A stretch of DNA of 41,445 nt from Escherichia coli (GTDB taxonomy: Bacteria > Pseudomonadota > Gammaproteobacteria > Enterobacterales > Enterobacteriaceae): assembly GCF_016903815.1 (NCBI RefSeq), contig NZ_CP069975.1; one strand, given 5' to 3'. The translations under genes and the position numbers were made by a program. The notes under the pieces were generated by a model. It saw only the letters and a list, made by a program, of their open reading frames with translations. It did no database searches and was not told the DNA's origin. Each line of letters begins with the position of its first letter. Position 1 is the first letter of the stretch. Positions 36,302 to 41,445 of this stretch are shown one piece after another.

Positions 36302-36586
36302 TATTTGGTTGTAACACGGCGTCTGGCACATGCGTCGTTAGCGGTCTGGTGACGTTAAAGGGGTTACCTTTTCCCCTAGCTCAGGCAACAAACCAGGTAG
36401 CCGGAATGTGCAAGTCACCGTTGGAGGGATAGCGGATACAGGGACTCACCATCCTGGCGATTCGGTGTGACAGCCGGGAAGAGTCCGGCGCATTAATCCT
36501 GATTTTCTGGTGATGACTCATATCGTTAGGAGTGATTTGAGTATGCCGATTATATCTGACATTCAGCACGCCCGGGTGGAGTGCTA

Positions 36587-37951
36587 ATGTCTGCATCCCC
36601 TCTTGAATCCATGCCAAATTCCCTTAGTGCAGAACAAGCTGTACTTGGTGGCTTAATGCTTGATAACTGCCGCTGGGATGAAGTTGCAGATCGTATAGTT
36701 GCTGATGATTTTTATACCAGTGCTCATCGTGAAATTTTCAGTGAGATGGAGAGGTTATTAAGTCATGGCAAACCGATTGATTTGATAACACTTGCTGAAG
36801 CACTTGAACAGAACGGTAAATTAGAACGCGCCGGTGGTTTTGCGTACCTTGCGGAGATGTCAAAGAACACGCCCAGCGCGGCAAATATTTGTGCTTATGC
36901 GGATATCGTTCGTGAACGCGCGGTTGTTCGTGAAATGATTTCCGTCGCAAATGAAATAGCCGAAGCTGGATATGCGCAGGATGGCAGGGGCAGCAATGAA
37001 TTGCTGGATATGGCCGAGCGCCGCGTTTTTGAAATAGCTGAAAAACGACAAAAGAGCGGTAGTGGTCCAAAAGATATCGCCAGCATTCTCGATGCAACGG
37101 TATCTCGCATAGAAGAGTTGTTTCAGCGACCGCATGATGGTGTAACGGGGCTTGATACCGGATTTACCGACCTCAATAAGAAGACGGCAGGACTTCAGCC
37201 GTCCGATCTCATTATTGTCGCCGCCCGCCCATCGATGGGGAAGACCACGTTTGCGATGAATCTCGTCGAAAATGCCGCAGTCCGTAACGATAAGCCCGTA
37301 TTGGTTTTTAGCCTTGAGATGCCGAGCCACCAGCTGATGATGCGCTCACTGGCTTCTCTTGCACGCGTTGATCAGACTCGTATTAGAACGGGGCAACTTA
37401 ACGACGATGATTGGGCGCGGGTTTCTGGCGCAATGGGTATTCTGTTGGACAAGCAGAATATTTTTATTGATGACTCAAGCGCCCTGACGCCGACAGAGCT
37501 ACGTTCCCGCGCTCGTCGTGTTTATAAAGAAAATGGTGGTTTGAGCATGATTATGATCGACTACCTGCAACTTATGCGCGTCCCCGAGCTGCAAGATAAC
37601 CGAACGCTGGAAATTGCCGAGATTTCTCGATCACTTAAAGCGTTGGCGAAGGAATTACAAGTACCGGTGGTGGCATTGTCACAACTTAATCGCTCGCTTG
37701 AACAGCGCGCGGACAAACGACCGGTAAATTCAGATTTACGTGAATCAGGAGCAATTGAGCAGGACGCAGACCTGATCATGTTTCTGTATCGCGACGAAGT
37801 TTATCACCCGGATAGCGAAATGAAGGGCATTGCCGAGGTAATTATCGGAAAGCAACGAAATGGCCCAATTGGCACGGTGAGATTGGCTTTTAACGGCCAA
37901 TACTCACGGTTTGATAACTATGCCGGTGCTGACTGGCAAGAGGATTATTAA
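36587..37951 (+). CDS. ban: Replicative DNA helicase, DnaB analogue (Ban)
   Basis: ORF track 36581..37951; ATG 36587 with GGTGGAG RBS. Walker A ARPSMGKTTFAMN and DnaB-family motifs throughout. Confidence 0.9.
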   Translation: MSASPLESMPNSLSAEQAVLGGLMLDNCRWDEVADRIVADDFYTSAHREIFSEMERLLSHGKPIDLITLAEALEQNGKLERAGGFAYLAEMSKNTPSAANICAYADIVRERAVVREMISVANEIAEAGYAQDGRGSNELLDMAERRVFEIAEKRQKSGSGPKDIASILDATVSRIEELFQRPHDGVTGLDTGFTDLNKKTAGLQPSDLIIVAARPSMGKTTFAMNLVENAAVRNDKPVLVFSLEMPSHQLMMRSLASLARVDQTRIRTGQLNDDDWARVSGAMGILLDKQNIFIDDSSALTPTELRSRARRVYKENGGLSMIMIDYLQLMRVPELQDNRTLEIAEISRSLKALAKELQVPVVALSQLNRSLEQRADKRPVNSDLRESGAIEQDADLIMFLYRDEVYHPDSEMKGIAEVIIGKQRNGPIGTVRLAFNGQYSRFDNYAGADWQEDY

Positions 37952-38949
37952 TGCAATGGAATGAGGAAAAGCCGATGAACATCCTGATCATTGGGCGAAA
38001 ATTTGAAGCCATCAGTGATGTGAAAACATATACGGAAATGTGGGCTTATAACCTGGCATGCGCCTTTAGTGAGGCAGGGGTAACATTGCAATACCATCGT
38101 CCATATTCCCCTGGCGTCGAAAGCCCCGAGGATTATGTTGAAGCTGTGTTGACTGCTGCGACCGCATGTTCTGCGAAGGCCATTTTGGCACCAGGATTGA
38201 GGTATTTTACTACGGTACCCAGGGAAATAGGCATGCAACTGTGTCGCCGATTCTCTGGATGGGTAGCCCAGGTATATGACGGTTCTATGCTGGATTCGGC
38301 ACCAGTCGATATTACTTTTACTGTCCGCGATGATACCTGGCGGTACCTGGATAATCCCGGTCGGTTAGAGCGTCATAATCGCTTTAACAAACATGTTGGA
38401 TGGGCAGCGAATCAGGAACTGTTCCATCTGGAAACCAAAACAGACGATGTTCTGCGTATTTTTGTAGACCACGCTGCATTTGATGTTAGTGGGTTTGATC
38501 ACTCCTTAAGTATCCTTATGAACCTTCAGCGCCTGGCCGTTCCGTATGAGGCCAGAACGTTGACCGATGACGGATTGATTACCATTGATCCGGGGAATAT
38601 ATCGGTAACCCCATACAGACGGACTCCGGTACCAGCAACCGAATTTGCAGCTGAATTGCGTAAGAGTGACGTTTTTATTGTTACGCATCCCGAAAGCCTT
38701 GGATTAACTGTTCTTGAGGCGGCAATGTGTGGGGCGTTGATATTAACGCCGCCCGATTGTCTTCCGCCGGATCGCCTGGCTTTGGTGAACCATATGGTTA
38801 TCAAGTCGCGGATTGATTGGGATGAGGTTATTGCTCGCGTTGATCGCGTGAAAAATGCTGAAAAGGTCCAGTGTCACACCTGGTCGGCAATCGCGGAAAA
38901 GATGCTTGATACGTTTATCACCCAGAAACCGTCGCGAGGTAACGGATAA
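37951..38949 (+). CDS. GT-B glycosyltransferase-like protein (P1 Dbn position), translationally coupled to ban
   Basis: ATG overlaps the ban stop (TAATG); alternative start ATG 37975. C-terminal SDVFIVTHPESLGLTVLEAAMCGALILTP resembles the GT1/GT4 E-x7-E/EAMA motif. Confidence 0.55.
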   Translation: MQWNEEKPMNILIIGRKFEAISDVKTYTEMWAYNLACAFSEAGVTLQYHRPYSPGVESPEDYVEAVLTAATACSAKAILAPGLRYFTTVPREIGMQLCRRFSGWVAQVYDGSMLDSAPVDITFTVRDDTWRYLDNPGRLERHNRFNKHVGWAANQELFHLETKTDDVLRIFVDHAAFDVSGFDHSLSILMNLQRLAVPYEARTLTDDGLITIDPGNISVTPYRRTPVPATEFAAELRKSDVFIVTHPESLGLTVLEAAMCGALILTPPDCLPPDRLALVNHMVIKSRIDWDEVIARVDRVKNAEKVQCHTWSAIAEKMLDTFITQKPSRGNG

Positions 38950-38970
38950 AAACATTGTACCCGTGGTAAC

Positions 38971-38996
38971 AGAAAAGCCCGATCGCCGGGCTTTTC

Positions 38997-38998
<2 letters not shown>
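38971..38998. terminator. Bidirectional rho-independent terminator between convergent dbn and baseplate operons
   Basis: AAAAGCCCG-ATCGC-CGGGCTTTTCTT; A-run on one side and T-run on the other. Confidence 0.7.

Positions 38999-41445
<2,447 letters not shown>

Noticed and set aside
36302-36586. Possible additional tRNA or ORF between the tRNA-CAT gene and ban
   Set aside because: No cloverleaf could be drawn and the only ORF (36381..36617, minus strand) runs antisense into ban; treated as leader.

Overview
This window reads as a contiguous ~41 kb segment of a P1-like temperate phage-plasmid (P1/P7 family, enterobacterial host). All calls come from reading the sequence and ORF translations, protein motifs visible by eye, and gene order as I recall it for phage P1; no database search was run, so P1 gene names assigned by synteny alone are tentative. 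Minus-strand late structural operons occupy 128-12868: tail fibre S with an expanded tandem repeat array, an R-like gene, baseplate genes, the Sit transglycosylase/tape-measure-like protein, tube-region genes and two secreted sim-region proteins. An immunity-I-like region follows on the plus strand (C1-operator-like 17-mer, c4-like antisense RNA, icd, ant), then kilA-repL, a second minus-strand late operon (major head, sheath and smaller structural genes), and the plasmid maintenance block (parS, parB, parA, incA iterons, repA, oriR). Beyond that lie a minus-strand accessory operon (PAAR-like protein, Rz/Rz1-like spanin pair), a plus-strand C1-controlled block (uhr, rdgC homologue, bifunctional Dcm+Dam methyltransferase Dmt), tRNA-Asn and tRNA-Thr embedded in an array of structured repeat modules, tciABC, tRNA-Ile2-like(CAU), ban (DnaB-like helicase), a glycosyltransferase-like dbn, and the first baseplate genes of a further minus-strand operon. 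The most interesting candidates are (i) a two-gene cassette (T5orf172/GIY-YIG-like protein plus a translationally coupled small ORF with its own terminator) sitting between the incA iterons and the par promoter, (ii) the inverted-repeat-bounded tRNA-like modules flanking the tRNA genes, (iii) an operator-controlled ~185-nt terminated transcript upstream of the tRNAs, (iv) a Sim-Sit shared peptide segment, and (v) the near-identical 300-bp repeat expansion in the tail-fibre gene. No CRISPR array, rRNA, integrase or transposase was seen.
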